Assembly: GCA_963737155.1 (NCBI GenBank)
Contig: CAVTRN010000001.1
Span: 1,504,001 to 1,568,000, forward strand
DNA length: 64,000 nucleotides
Origin: Nitrospirota bacterium
Lineage (GTDB): Bacteria; Nitrospirota; UBA9217
Reading direction: 5' to 3'
The translations under genes were made by a program, and so were the position numbers. The notes under the pieces were generated by a model, which was given only the letters and a program-made list of their open reading frames with translations, was not told where the DNA came from and ran no database searches. Positions 10,915 to 21,121 of this stretch are shown piece after piece; the first letter of the stretch is position 1, and the number at the start of each line of letters is the position of its first letter.

Positions 10915-11286
10915 ATGGGACTATTATCAACTGATAGCAAGCCGACCGGCATCTCTCTGCAAAACGCCTATACTGCTATTCGCACATGGTATCAACACAA
11001 CATCGCTGTTGCTCAGGCTCGCGGTGACATCTATGGCCAGGCTTCTGTAGCACTAATTAAGGCACTACCGATAGCCTCCACTCTATCTGATATTGAGATT
11101 ATCGCCGTGCTTCGCGAGGTCATTCTCGGTTACCTTGAATGGGCATATCACCAGAGTGACGGTCAGTACAAAATGGCCGCATATGCACATGCCGCTTTGG
11201 AAACAATCGGGCGTTCCTATTCACTTACACCAGAAGAAACGCAAAAGCTACAATCAAGCGTTCTATGGCCTTTCATAAAACGATGA
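10915..11286 (+). CDS. Hypothetical protein
   Basis: SD AAGGAG; 123-aa ORF. Confidence 0.6.
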   Translation: MGLLSTDSKPTGISLQNAYTAIRTWYQHNIAVAQARGDIYGQASVALIKALPIASTLSDIEIIAVLREVILGYLEWAYHQSDGQYKMAAYAHAALETIGRSYSLTPEETQKLQSSVLWPFIKR

Positions 11287-12054
11287 TATGTCCTGAGCTC
11301 GGCAGCGGGCGAATTTATTTGAATCATCCATAAACATGTGGCCGCTGCTGTTTGTAATCATACTATCGGCATTTTCAGAGGAAACGGTGCCGAACATCAA
11401 ATAACTTTGAGGGGAAGCGCAGCGCCTTTCATTTGATTCAGGAAATTAACTCCATTATAGGCAGTAAAGCCCTATCGCCTCTGCAAAGATTTAATAGCTT
11501 CATTACTTGCTTTTTGTGCTAAACTGTGGGTCACTTCATTGAGCTTGACAAATATGTCAAGGATAACTGATTATTCGGTATTTTATGACGATCACAGCGA
11601 TAGCCAGCTTCGATTATTTTGACACCGAAGCTTTTTTTAGCGAGGTACAACTTCGCCAGTCAAACTATTTGTCTTATATGATGACTGTAGTAGAACTGTA
11701 GTCTCCCCATCAATCCTGTCAATTTTTGATATTCCGATGTAGCGCACCCGGTACACTGGACATAAGATAACAGTAAAGCTGCGATCTTCAATCGATATTC
11801 ATTGGCAGTACATTCTCTCAAAATGCTTTTTAAATAATCAATCGTTATCTTTGTCAGCCCTCGCGACACTGCTGTTGCGCTCGGGATATTTCCTATTTCA
11901 ATCACTATCTGTATATAGAAGCTCTCTTGTCAGCGTAAAACAGAAGAGATGCCATCTAAATAATTATATATGTCCGCCCCATCCATATCCTGATCTAATC
12001 GGCATCTTGTTGATTCCCGTCAAGACGTAATCTGCCTTCTTCAATAAAAATATG

Positions 12055-12131
12055 CAAACAAAGATCTGGGGATTATTTAGTATAAAACTAGGGTTTCCCC
12101 GGTTGACATAAATGGGAAACGATGAAAAACT
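12055..12131 (+). promoter_or_regulatory. Dispersed promoter module copy 3 (extended ~75-bp form)
   Basis: GCAAACAAAGATCTGGGGA...AAAACTAGGGTTTCCCCGG-TTGACA-17nt-AAAACT; similar along its length to the reverse complement of 38475..38550. Confidence 0.65.
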
Positions 12132-12470
12132 CTAATATAAAAAACGAATTACTAAGTAGCCGGAAGTCTATCTGTTAATTTATGCATAAGCTGATTTAGA
12201 GTTATTCGTAATAACAGCTTATCGCTAACACAATGAAGAGGACCCTCTCCGACCTGACAATTATGCCATACCAACAGACAATATCTACCTACAATGAGAG
12301 GCCAGAAGGGGAGATCTGCCAATTTAAATGCAATCTTACTTAATGTGATACAGTTCGGACGACAAGGGACGTTAACAGCACTGCTGGCTCTATGTCTTAA
12401 CGAGACTAAGTCTCGATTTTCTATAGTTACATCCGTGATGATAAAGCCCTTATCCCTCGAGGTGTCAAAA

Positions 12471-15065
12471 ATGGCGATTAAGATTAAACCGTATCTTTCA
12501 TTATCCTGTTTTCTTTTTATCTTAATATCACTAATCCCTCTTACCACCCATGCGGCCACACCGTTGTCCTGCGGCCAGGTGGTGTCCACTACGACAATTT
12601 CATCTGGGGAGATTGACAATTACGCCTTTTCGGGGACTGCGGGAGACACGGTGCGGATAGTGGCGGTACCTGTTTCCGGGAACCTCACCTACGGGGCAGT
12701 CGCACTCTATGACCCGTCTGGTAATTTTATAACCTGGTCGAACTCTGGGCCCATTCAGACAGCGCTAACCGTGAGTGGAGTTTACACGCTCGAGGTGTAC
12801 ACAGAATTTTACAACGGGATCGGCACATACCAGGTAAGATGGGACAATCTCAATAGCCCGTGTGAGGGTGAAGTCACCCTGCTATGCGGGCAAACCGCAG
12901 TCGGTACGACATCCTCATATGTGCAGGAAGACTACTACACCTTCACGGCGGCTGGGGGAGACACGGTGCGGGTGGGGGCGGCACCTGTTTCCGGGAGTTC
13001 TTCATTCTATCCAGGCGTGGTGCTTTATGACCCCTCGGGTACGGTGATAGCTACCACGACCGGTGAGCCCATTCAAACAGCGCTAACTACAACCGGAAAT
13101 TATACGCTCAGGGTGTACGGTGACAATTACAACGGGGACGGCACCTACCAGATAAGATGGAACAACCTCAAGAATCCTTGCGGGGGAAACATCCTGCCAT
13201 GCGGGCTGGCTACGTCCGGTACGATAACCTCATATGTGCAGGAAGACTACTACACCTTCACGGCGTCTGCGGGAGACATAGAGCGGATAGTGGCGGCACC
13301 TATTCCCGGGAGTTCTTCATTCTATCCGGGCGTGGTGCTCTATGACCCCTCGGGTGCGGTGTTAGCCGGGTCGACCAACGGGCCCATTCAAACAGCACTA
13401 ACTTCAACCGGAAATTATACGCTCATAGTGTACGCTGACTATTACGAAGGAACCGGAAGCTACAATCTTTCAGAGGAGAAATTAAATAATCCCTGTAATT
13501 CTGTAGCTATGAATTGTGGACAGAGCCTGTCGGGATCGATAGTTAATCCACTCGATGCGTTTTTTTATAGTTTTACAGCCAATGCGGGTGATGCATTAGT
13601 GTTCACAATGATGACGACCTCCGGGAACCTCACTCCCGGACTTCAGCTTTTCGACTCCTCTGGGAATATAATAGCTGAAAATTATAACCTCACAACGGGC
13701 GGGACTGTAACGCTGAATTCTACTGTCTCCCAGGCAGGCACTTATTTCATCGCCGCCTCAGATTATAATTATAATGCGGTTGGCAATTATACGATCAATT
13801 TCCAGAAGAACGGCAATTCCTGCCCCGAGGTGCAAGTGCTGTCTCCTAATGGAGGGGACACTCTATATGCGGGATCTCCCTATCTCATCACATGGACCAC
13901 CTCGGCTAGTGCTGGCCTGGCATCCGAGGGCATTAGTTTATCGGTAGACAGTGGGGCCACGTATTCGACAATTGCTCAGGGTTTGCCAGGCAACACCACT
14001 TCATGGCAGTGGACGCCAAGTAGCACAACCTCAAACGGACGCATCCGGATATCCGTGACCGACAATGCGGGACTCACCGATTTTGACAATAGTGCTGCCG
14101 ATTTTACGATACTTTCCATGGTGACGGCTCCGGCAAGCACGGCCAACGTAACGCTGTCCAATGTCAGCGCGAGCAGCAACTCAATCAACACGATGGCTTC
14201 GCAGTCATCCAGCATATTCTTTACCCTCAATGAGCCAGCCACGGCAACGCTCATGATAATACCTCAAATGCAGGGTCCGACGGGGACCCCGATTTATCAG
14301 ACATCTCAGACCTGCGCTGCGGCCGGGTCGTATGCCTTCACTTGGAATGGGACGGACAACACGGGCAAGGTCGTCCCTGACGAGGCGTACCTTTATGTCA
14401 TAGTGGCATCAGACGGCACAACGTCCACTAGTTATTCCCCGCTTGCCTCGACAGGCACAGGCACGGGAACTTGCTCGCAGTCGTCGAATTGCGATCCTTT
14501 GAGCAATAACCCCTTGACGGTCACCTACTCGGTGGCACTGTCCTCCCGGGTGACCATCAGTATCACCTGGGGGGCGCAGAACTTCACAATTCTGAATGCC
14601 TACCCAGTATTGCCGGGGACCTATAGCTATGTTTGGGATGTCAGGAACCCGAGCGGCGAACCACTCGATTTCGGCGCACTAGCCTACTGCTCAGCGTCTC
14701 TTCTCCCTGGGAACATTATAATAACGTCCGGAGACACGCCCGTGGTAAGTGCGCTCAAAACCGATCCTTTTGCGATGAATATGTCCTATGGCCAGTTTAC
14801 GAGGATAGAGTACACGCTCTCGCGAGACTCGAATGTCACCATACAGCTTGTCTCGCCGTCCGGAGTGGCCATGACTCTCGTCAATAACCAGCTTCAAACG
14901 GCGGGTCATCAAGAGTTCGACTGGCATGGTATGGATCCGACGGATACGACTGGAAAGGAAGCTTTGGTATCCGAGGAGGGTAATTATATGGTCACGATTC
15001 AGGCCGTGAACCCGATTACCGGGACAAGTTCTACCACAAGAGGAAATTTGGCGATCGGAGATTGA
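12471..15065 (+). CDS. Secreted multi-beta-sandwich protein (PPC-like repeats, Ig-like domain, FlgD-Ig-like domains)
   Basis: Likely start ATG 12471 after GAGGTG; signal peptide ending THA; four DxYxFTxxAGD...LYDPSG-type repeats; VLSPNGGD...ITW; three FTWNG/YVWD/FDWHG FlgD-Ig-like modules. Confidence 0.8.
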   Translation: MAIKIKPYLSLSCFLFILISLIPLTTHAATPLSCGQVVSTTTISSGEIDNYAFSGTAGDTVRIVAVPVSGNLTYGAVALYDPSGNFITWSNSGPIQTALTVSGVYTLEVYTEFYNGIGTYQVRWDNLNSPCEGEVTLLCGQTAVGTTSSYVQEDYYTFTAAGGDTVRVGAAPVSGSSSFYPGVVLYDPSGTVIATTTGEPIQTALTTTGNYTLRVYGDNYNGDGTYQIRWNNLKNPCGGNILPCGLATSGTITSYVQEDYYTFTASAGDIERIVAAPIPGSSSFYPGVVLYDPSGAVLAGSTNGPIQTALTSTGNYTLIVYADYYEGTGSYNLSEEKLNNPCNSVAMNCGQSLSGSIVNPLDAFFYSFTANAGDALVFTMMTTSGNLTPGLQLFDSSGNIIAENYNLTTGGTVTLNSTVSQAGTYFIAASDYNYNAVGNYTINFQKNGNSCPEVQVLSPNGGDTLYAGSPYLITWTTSASAGLASEGISLSVDSGATYSTIAQGLPGNTTSWQWTPSSTTSNGRIRISVTDNAGLTDFDNSAADFTILSMVTAPASTANVTLSNVSASSNSINTMASQSSSIFFTLNEPATATLMIIPQMQGPTGTPIYQTSQTCAAAGSYAFTWNGTDNTGKVVPDEAYLYVIVASDGTTSTSYSPLASTGTGTGTCSQSSNCDPLSNNPLTVTYSVALSSRVTISITWGAQNFTILNAYPVLPGTYSYVWDVRNPSGEPLDFGALAYCSASLLPGNIIITSGDTPVVSALKTDPFAMNMSYGQFTRIEYTLSRDSNVTIQLVSPSGVAMTLVNNQLQTAGHQEFDWHGMDPTDTTGKEALVSEEGNYMVTIQAVNPITGTSSTTRGNLAIGD

Positions 15066-15179
15066 GGGTCACTAAATATGACCGTCTTTGTTCCAATTAA
15101 ACTTCATTAATCAAGAATTCTAATTTCACATCAAGTTATTGATTACATAAAAAAAGGCAAAATGTTTTTCACCAAAGGT

Positions 15180-15330
15180 AAGGATGGCAAATAAATTCAG
15201 GCGCTATCTTTTTACCCTTTTGCGTATTTTAGGAGATTTGCAAGAGACTCCCAGGCTTAAAGTCAATACATGCCTTGTAGACTTTGAGGCAGTGTTTTGG
15301 AAAGCGCACGAGCGGAGGTTCATATGATGC
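15180..15330 (+). repeat. Duplicated 5' leader of the Cys-rich genes (second copy ~16436..16590)
   Basis: CAGGCGCTA(T/G)CTTTTTACCCTTT...TTTTAGGAGATTTG...CTCCCAGG.TTAAAGTC...GCGGAGGTTCA present before paralogues 1 and 3. Confidence 0.85.
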
Positions 15331-15791
15331 ACAGGATAAAGGATATGCTTTGTTTGTTCATGACTGAATTTCCCCACAAAAAAAATGTACCTTTTATGCT
15401 CTTGATGTTGCTCTACATGTATAGTCCGCTTAAATTAGCATACGCAAATTGCAATTATATGTTTGTAAGCGAAGACTTATGTTTAATTGATGTGGGTTGC
15501 ACTACCAAAAAGGAAGCTAAGGACGTAGCGATACATTTCGGCAAGCCTCCTATTCCTAGTACAATTTATCCTAATTGTTTTAACCATCTTAATACGCCCC
15601 TACCTTGCGGAACGTATACAATTTGTTGGAGTTGCCCCGGGTACTCTTGGTGCCCTACCCCTGACGTACCAGTTGTACGGCAGTGCAGCGCTGGAGATCT
15701 CTGTTGTCTAAAACCCGATGACCCCTGCTGCAAAAAAGCGGGCGGTACAGGGAGCAGCAGCAATGTACCTAACGCTGTCGTCGGTAATTAA
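15324..15791 (+). CDS. Secreted Cys-rich protein, paralogue 1 of 3
   Basis: SD GGAGG; leader MMHRIK...LAYA; tail CSAGDLCCLKPDDPCC...NAVVGN. Confidence 0.85.
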   Translation: MMHRIKDMLCLFMTEFPHKKNVPFMLLMLLYMYSPLKLAYANCNYMFVSEDLCLIDVGCTTKKEAKDVAIHFGKPPIPSTIYPNCFNHLNTPLPCGTYTICWSCPGYSWCPTPDVPVVRQCSAGDLCCLKPDDPCCKKAGGTGSSSNVPNAVVGN

Positions 15792-15845
15792 TAAGGAGAG
15801 TGAATATGGCAAAAGGGCGATTGAGGTTGCAAGTATAGGGTTCGC

Positions 15846-16337
15846 ATGATGCACAGGATAAAAAATATGCTTAGCTTATTCATGACTGAATTTCTCCACA
15901 AAAAAAACGTCCTTTACCTGCTCTTGATGTCGCTTTGCATGTTTACTCCGCTTAAATCAGCTTATGCAGTTTGCGATGGTGGAAGTGAATGCACATGGCA
16001 ACTTTGCACAACCGAAGCGGAAGCTCGAGATTGGCTTACTGGTTGTCCTCCCCTAGCCCCAATACCTTGGCTCCCGGGATCGAATTGCTACTGGATAACT
16101 TGTGGTTCGAATCCGTCAATGCCGCATCCCTGCCTGCTTATGGATGGGGTGAATGTTCAAGGTTCGATTTGTTGGACTTGCCCCGGGGCCGGCTGGTGCC
16201 CTCCCCCTGCAGTAAAAGTCGTGCCGCAGTGCAGCGCTGGTGATTACTGTTGTCTAAAGCCCGATGACCCCTGCTGCCAAGTTGCGGGCAGTACAGGGAG
16301 TGGCAGCAATGTAACTAACGCTGTCAGCGGTCATTAA
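15846..16337 (+). CDS. Secreted Cys-rich protein, paralogue 2 of 3
   Basis: Same leader (…KSAYA) and tail, different core. Confidence 0.85.
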   Translation: MMHRIKNMLSLFMTEFLHKKNVLYLLLMSLCMFTPLKSAYAVCDGGSECTWQLCTTEAEARDWLTGCPPLAPIPWLPGSNCYWITCGSNPSMPHPCLLMDGVNVQGSICWTCPGAGWCPPPAVKVVPQCSAGDYCCLKPDDPCCQVAGSTGSGSNVTNAVSGH

Positions 16338-16585
16338 TGACCAGAGTGAATATGGCAACGGGGCGATTGATGTTGCAAGTCTCGAAACGATAGTCTTTAA
16401 ATTTTCTCTGCGTAAATTGATCATGCGAATTCTATAAGGTGATAAATAAATACAGGCGCTAGCTTTTTACCCTTTTTGAGTATTTTAGGAGATTTGAAGG
16501 ATACTCCCAGGTTTAAAGTCAGTCAATACACGCCTTGTGGACTAGAGATAGTGTTTCTGAAAGTGTACAAGCGGAGGTTCACACG

Positions 16586-17056
16586 ATGCACAGGATAAAA
16601 GACATGCTTAGTTTGTTCATGTCTGAAATTCTCCAGAAAAAAAATGTCCTTTTGCTGATCTTGCTGATGGTTTACATGTATTATCTGCTTAAATCCGCCT
16701 ATGCAGATTGCGCTGGTACGTATGGATTTCAATCATGCGAAACCGAGGCAGAAGGTCTTAATTGGAATTCAGTTTATGCTTGTGGTAATGGCGGCTTATA
16801 CCATATCCCATGGCTCCCGGAGTCGAATTGTTATTGGATGACTTGTACCCCGCTGACACCCATAGGCGATGCCGGATGCCTACCTTTCAGTGGGGTGTTT
16901 GTTTGTGGCACGATATGTTGGAATTACAACGGCCCTCTCAATATGAAGTGCAGCTCTGGAGATCCCTGTTGTCTAAAGCCCGATGACCCCTGCTGCCAAG
17001 TTGCGGGCAGTACAGGGAGCGGCAGCAATGTACCTAACGCTGTCATCGGTCATTAA
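16586..17056 (+). CDS. Secreted Cys-rich protein, paralogue 3 of 3
   Basis: SD GGAGG; same leader and tail, different core. Confidence 0.85.
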   Translation: MHRIKDMLSLFMSEILQKKNVLLLILLMVYMYYLLKSAYADCAGTYGFQSCETEAEGLNWNSVYACGNGGLYHIPWLPESNCYWMTCTPLTPIGDAGCLPFSGVFVCGTICWNYNGPLNMKCSSGDPCCLKPDDPCCQVAGSTGSGSNVPNAVIGH

Positions 17057-17197
17057 TGACGAGAGTGAATATTGCAACAGGGCGATTGATGTTGCAAGTC
17101 TCGAAGCGATAGCCTTTAAATACTTTCTGCGTAAATAACCATGCGAATATTATCCAGATATCGGGGTATTAATCTTTTAAGTTGCCAGGAGGTACTA

Positions 17198-20100
17198 ATG
17201 TGCCGATCAATGTATATGTTGTTGCTCCTCATGCTTGTAATCCCGCTTTCATCTCCCGCATACGCAGAGCATCTGGCTCCTGCCGATCAGTTTTGCGCAC
17301 CGGTGACCGGGAGCGGCAGCGATAGCAAACTCTTTTATGGCGGCAAACCCGTAAGTCTGCTCTCGGGCGTTGAGTATTTTAGGCGGACCGACCTTACCAT
17401 CGGCAGCCTTTTCCCCATCACCGTCACACGCCAGTACGACAGCAGTTCCGCCTACGATAGTCCGCTCGGCTACGGGTGGGCGCTGGACTATGACAAACGC
17501 CTTTATACCTACCCGGACGGCTCCATCGTACTACGCAAGGACTGCGGCGGGAAATCTCGCTTTACCTGGAACGTGTCGGGATACAGCAGCTCTGCGGGAG
17601 ACCCGAGCACCCTCGTTCAAAATGCTGACGGCACCTATACTTACACCGACAAATATGGACAAAGCGAAAATTATGATGCTCAGGGGCGGCTTACGAGTAA
17701 GGTGGATACGAAGGGCAATTCGCTCGTGTTTACCTATGAAAGCAGCATATTGAGCTCGCTCTGGGGGCTGTCGCCCTGGAACATCAATCAGTCAACCCCC
17801 CTTATTGTTGCATATGATTACCAATTGGTCAAAATCGAAGAGGATGCTGCCACAGGCTCACCCACCGGTGTTTCTGTTACGTTCTCCTATGACACCTCAA
17901 CGAACAGGCTCATTGGCGTCATGGACAGCGCTGGCCGGTCAATCACCTACAGCCACGACAACATAGGAAATCTGATCGGGGTAAGTAACCCCTCGGGGAA
18001 TATATCCTATGGGTATAACGATTCAACCAACAATCACCTCCTTACGGACATTGACGAGGGCCAGGGTGCGTACACCAATACATATGACACTTATGGCAGG
18101 GTCATCTGGCAGACCCACGGCACGGGTGCAATAGAATTTGCGTATACCATCCCGTCTTCAGCGACTACGATCACCACTTACATTGCAGACAACTCAGGTA
18201 ATCTCCTGAACGCCCAGGGCCGGACAGTAAATTTCGACAGTAATGGAGCCCTGATCATGGCTACTGATACCTTCGGGAATGTCACAACCTACACGCGTGA
18301 CGCTAACTCGTGGATCACGCAGGAGGGATACTGGGAGAATACCGGCACGGTGTCAACACCGAATCTCGTGCTCACGACGGCAATGAGTTACACTTACGAC
18401 ACTAAAGGCAACATGCTCAGCAAAACCGAGGCATTGGGGACAGCACAACAAAAGACCACCACCTACACCTATCATCCCACATTCAGCTTCGTGACGTCCG
18501 AAACGGTAACAAGTGTGGTTGATCCGAGCCAAAACAAGGTCATCACGAAAAATTATGACAATACAAACGGGAATCTTTTGTCAGTCGCGGAAACCGGTCT
18601 CTTAGGAAACGGGACCCCGTATTCCTATACCACGACCTACGGGTATGACGGCTTGGGCCACGTGACCAGCATCAGCGGCCCACGGACCGATGTTGATGAG
18701 GTGACAACATATACTTACGATCCCGTAACTTATTATCGTACATCCATGACCCAGCCGATAGTCGGGACGACCACCTATTCTAACTTTGACCCCCTCGGCA
18801 ATCCCCAGACCGTCACTGACCCGAATGGGAACAGCACGACCTACACCTACGATGCCACGGGCAGGGTGCTGACCGTAAAAGCTCCTGGTGATTCGAACCC
18901 GACGCAGTTATTTTATGTCTCCGGCGGTTGTTCCTCATGCGGCGGGGGGACGGCACTCAATATTGATCATATAACGCTACCCTCAGGCAATACGATCTGG
19001 TATACTTATGACGCCATGGGAAACCTTGCCACGATCAAGGACAGCCTGAACAACAGCATCAACTATACCTATGACTCCGCAGGGAACAAGCTAACAGAAC
19101 AGATCAACGATGCATCCGGAGCCCTCCAGAAGAGTTTAAGTTATCAGTATGATGCGCTTAACCGGCTTTACCAGACCGTCAATCCCGACACCACGTACAC
19201 GCAGTATGGCTACGATAATCTCAACAACCGCACATCGGCCCAGAACCCGAAATTGGCAATTACGAATTATACATACGATGCCCTGAGCAGACTCACTTCG
19301 GTGGTTCAGCCCGGCACGATCACAACTGCTTACGGCTATAATGCGAACAACAACCTCACGTCTGTTACGGACGCCAACAGCAATACGACGACGTACAAGT
19401 ACGACGATAAAGGAAGGGTCTATCAAGTCATATCGCCCGATACGGGAACGACAACATACTCGTATGATCCGGCAGGAAACCTTATCGCCAAGACGGATGC
19501 GAAAGGAGTCACCATCTCCTATACCTATGATGCTCTGAACCGCCTTACCAATATCAACTTCCCGAGTGACCCAAACATCGTGTATACGTATGATACGTGC
19601 CCGAACGGCAAGGGCAGACTGTGCTCCATGACCGATGCCAGCGGTTCGACAAATTATGTCTACACGCCGAAAGGGCAGGTCAGCACACAAACAAACGTCA
19701 TCAACAGCATACAGTACGTTACCCAGTACACTTACGATCAGGACGGAAACGTTGCTACAATGACCTATCCGTCGGGCCGCGTGATTACGTACGACTACAC
19801 GAACGATCGAGCTGTAAGCGTCCTGAACAACTCTGCGAATCTTGCCACAAACATCACTTACAAACCCTTTGGCGGTATGAGCGCGATAACCTATGGAAAT
19901 GGCCTGACCGGTTCGGTTTCTTACGACAACCAATATCGCATCACGGCTATCACCGATGGCGCTGTCATGAATCTGAGTTACCCAAATTATGACGCGGACG
20001 GCAATATCAATGCCATCACCAACGTGCTCGACGCCACAAAGAACAAGTCTTACGGCTACGATGCATTAGACCGGCTGAACAGCGCGACGGGCTCCTGGGG

Positions 20101-21109
20101 CAGCGTTAGCTGGACTTATGATGGCGCCGGCAATCGGCTCACGGAAGGATCAAATAGCTATACTTACGCTCCGAACACCAATAAATTAACGGGCGCCAAC
20201 GGAATATCCTATGGATATGATAACGACGGAAACACTACCTCGCAGGGCGCGATTCAGTACATCTACAATCAGAATCAGAGGCTCATTCAGGCAAATAATG
20301 GCGGAACGACAGCGTATTACACCTATAACGGAAACGGCCAGCGAGTCATGAAGGACGTAAATGGAACCACGACGATATTCATTTACAGCCTGACCGGCCA
20401 GATCATTGCCGAATCGAACAGCGCTGGAAATATCACTGTGGAATATGTATACTTGAACAGGCAACCGCTGGCGCAGATCGTAAACGGCAATACGTACTAT
20501 TACCACCCCGATCATCTCGGCACCCCGCACAAGATGACGGACGCAACCGGCACCGTCGTTTGGTCTGCATACTATAAACCCTTCGGTGCAGCGAGCGTCA
20601 CTGTATCTACGATCACGAACAATCTGCGATTACCGGGGCAGTACTTCGATGCGGAGACGGGGCTGAATTATAACTACTATAGAGACTATAGTTCAGTCAT
20701 CGGAAGATATCTCGAGTCAGACCCTTTGATGTTGCCATTTCTTCATAACCGTAGCGTCCGTTTTGTCCTCCCATATTTAACAACAACTCCAGGCCATCTT
20801 CACGATTATCTCTACGTGGAAAATAATCCCATACATTGGGTTGACTCAAAAGGATTATTACAGAGTTCAGGATCAGGGCCATCCGGTTATCCTGGTAATG
20901 AGGGAGCGGCGTGTAATCTTAACAATGCTTCTAGTCTCATCTATGGCCACTTTAATATGGGTGCCGAATATGCGTATACTCCCGTACAATGTTGTGAAGA
21001 AGAAAACTGCAATCCAACTTGCCCGTCAGATAAGGGTCCGTGGCTAACTAAACCAAATTCCGATAAATGTGTATGCGTTAAATGGAAGACTATCATGAAG
21101 GAATATTGA
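17198..21109 (+). CDS. Rhs2: Rhs/YD-repeat protein with signal peptide, DUF6531-like N-terminus and Cys-rich C-terminal domain
   Basis: SD AGGAGG before ATG 17198; signal peptide ending PAYA; GKPVSLLSG...PLGYGW; YD repeats; HPDHLGTP, NLRLPGQYFDAETGL, NPIHWVDSKGL. Confidence 0.95.
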   Translation: MCRSMYMLLLLMLVIPLSSPAYAEHLAPADQFCAPVTGSGSDSKLFYGGKPVSLLSGVEYFRRTDLTIGSLFPITVTRQYDSSSAYDSPLGYGWALDYDKRLYTYPDGSIVLRKDCGGKSRFTWNVSGYSSSAGDPSTLVQNADGTYTYTDKYGQSENYDAQGRLTSKVDTKGNSLVFTYESSILSSLWGLSPWNINQSTPLIVAYDYQLVKIEEDAATGSPTGVSVTFSYDTSTNRLIGVMDSAGRSITYSHDNIGNLIGVSNPSGNISYGYNDSTNNHLLTDIDEGQGAYTNTYDTYGRVIWQTHGTGAIEFAYTIPSSATTITTYIADNSGNLLNAQGRTVNFDSNGALIMATDTFGNVTTYTRDANSWITQEGYWENTGTVSTPNLVLTTAMSYTYDTKGNMLSKTEALGTAQQKTTTYTYHPTFSFVTSETVTSVVDPSQNKVITKNYDNTNGNLLSVAETGLLGNGTPYSYTTTYGYDGLGHVTSISGPRTDVDEVTTYTYDPVTYYRTSMTQPIVGTTTYSNFDPLGNPQTVTDPNGNSTTYTYDATGRVLTVKAPGDSNPTQLFYVSGGCSSCGGGTALNIDHITLPSGNTIWYTYDAMGNLATIKDSLNNSINYTYDSAGNKLTEQINDASGALQKSLSYQYDALNRLYQTVNPDTTYTQYGYDNLNNRTSAQNPKLAITNYTYDALSRLTSVVQPGTITTAYGYNANNNLTSVTDANSNTTTYKYDDKGRVYQVISPDTGTTTYSYDPAGNLIAKTDAKGVTISYTYDALNRLTNINFPSDPNIVYTYDTCPNGKGRLCSMTDASGSTNYVYTPKGQVSTQTNVINSIQYVTQYTYDQDGNVATMTYPSGRVITYDYTNDRAVSVLNNSANLATNITYKPFGGMSAITYGNGLTGSVSYDNQYRITAITDGAVMNLSYPNYDADGNINAITNVLDATKNKSYGYDALDRLNSATGSWGSVSWTYDGAGNRLTEGSNSYTYAPNTNKLTGANGISYGYDNDGNTTSQGAIQYIYNQNQRLIQANNGGTTAYYTYNGNGQRVMKDVNGTTTIFIYSLTGQIIAESNSAGNITVEYVYLNRQPLAQIVNGNTYYYHPDHLGTPHKMTDATGTVVWSAYYKPFGAASVTVSTITNNLRLPGQYFDAETGLNYNYYRDYSSVIGRYLESDPLMLPFLHNRSVRFVLPYLTTTPGHLHDYLYVENNPIHWVDSKGLLQSSGSGPSGYPGNEGAACNLNNASSLIYGHFNMGAEYAYTPVQCCEEENCNPTCPSDKGPWLTKPNSDKCVCVKWKTIMKEY

Positions 21110-21121
21110 TAAAGGGATGAT

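Noticed and set aside
11660-11905. 81-aa minus-strand ORF
   Set aside because: No recognisable motif or clear SD; may be a decayed fragment.
15198-15220. ops-like antitermination element (GGCGCTA..)
   Set aside because: One mismatch to GGCGGTAG, and its recurrence at ~16455 is explained by duplication; insufficient support.
15324-17056. RiPP precursors or a diversity-generating retroelement target
   Set aside because: Leaders look like signal peptides, no modifying enzyme or reverse transcriptase is adjacent, and the variation includes indels and is not adenine-specific.
5234-20882. Many short overlapping or antisense ORFs in the track (e.g. 19136..19933, 54014..54553)
   Set aside because: Shadow frames of well-supported genes; no SD or recognisable motifs.
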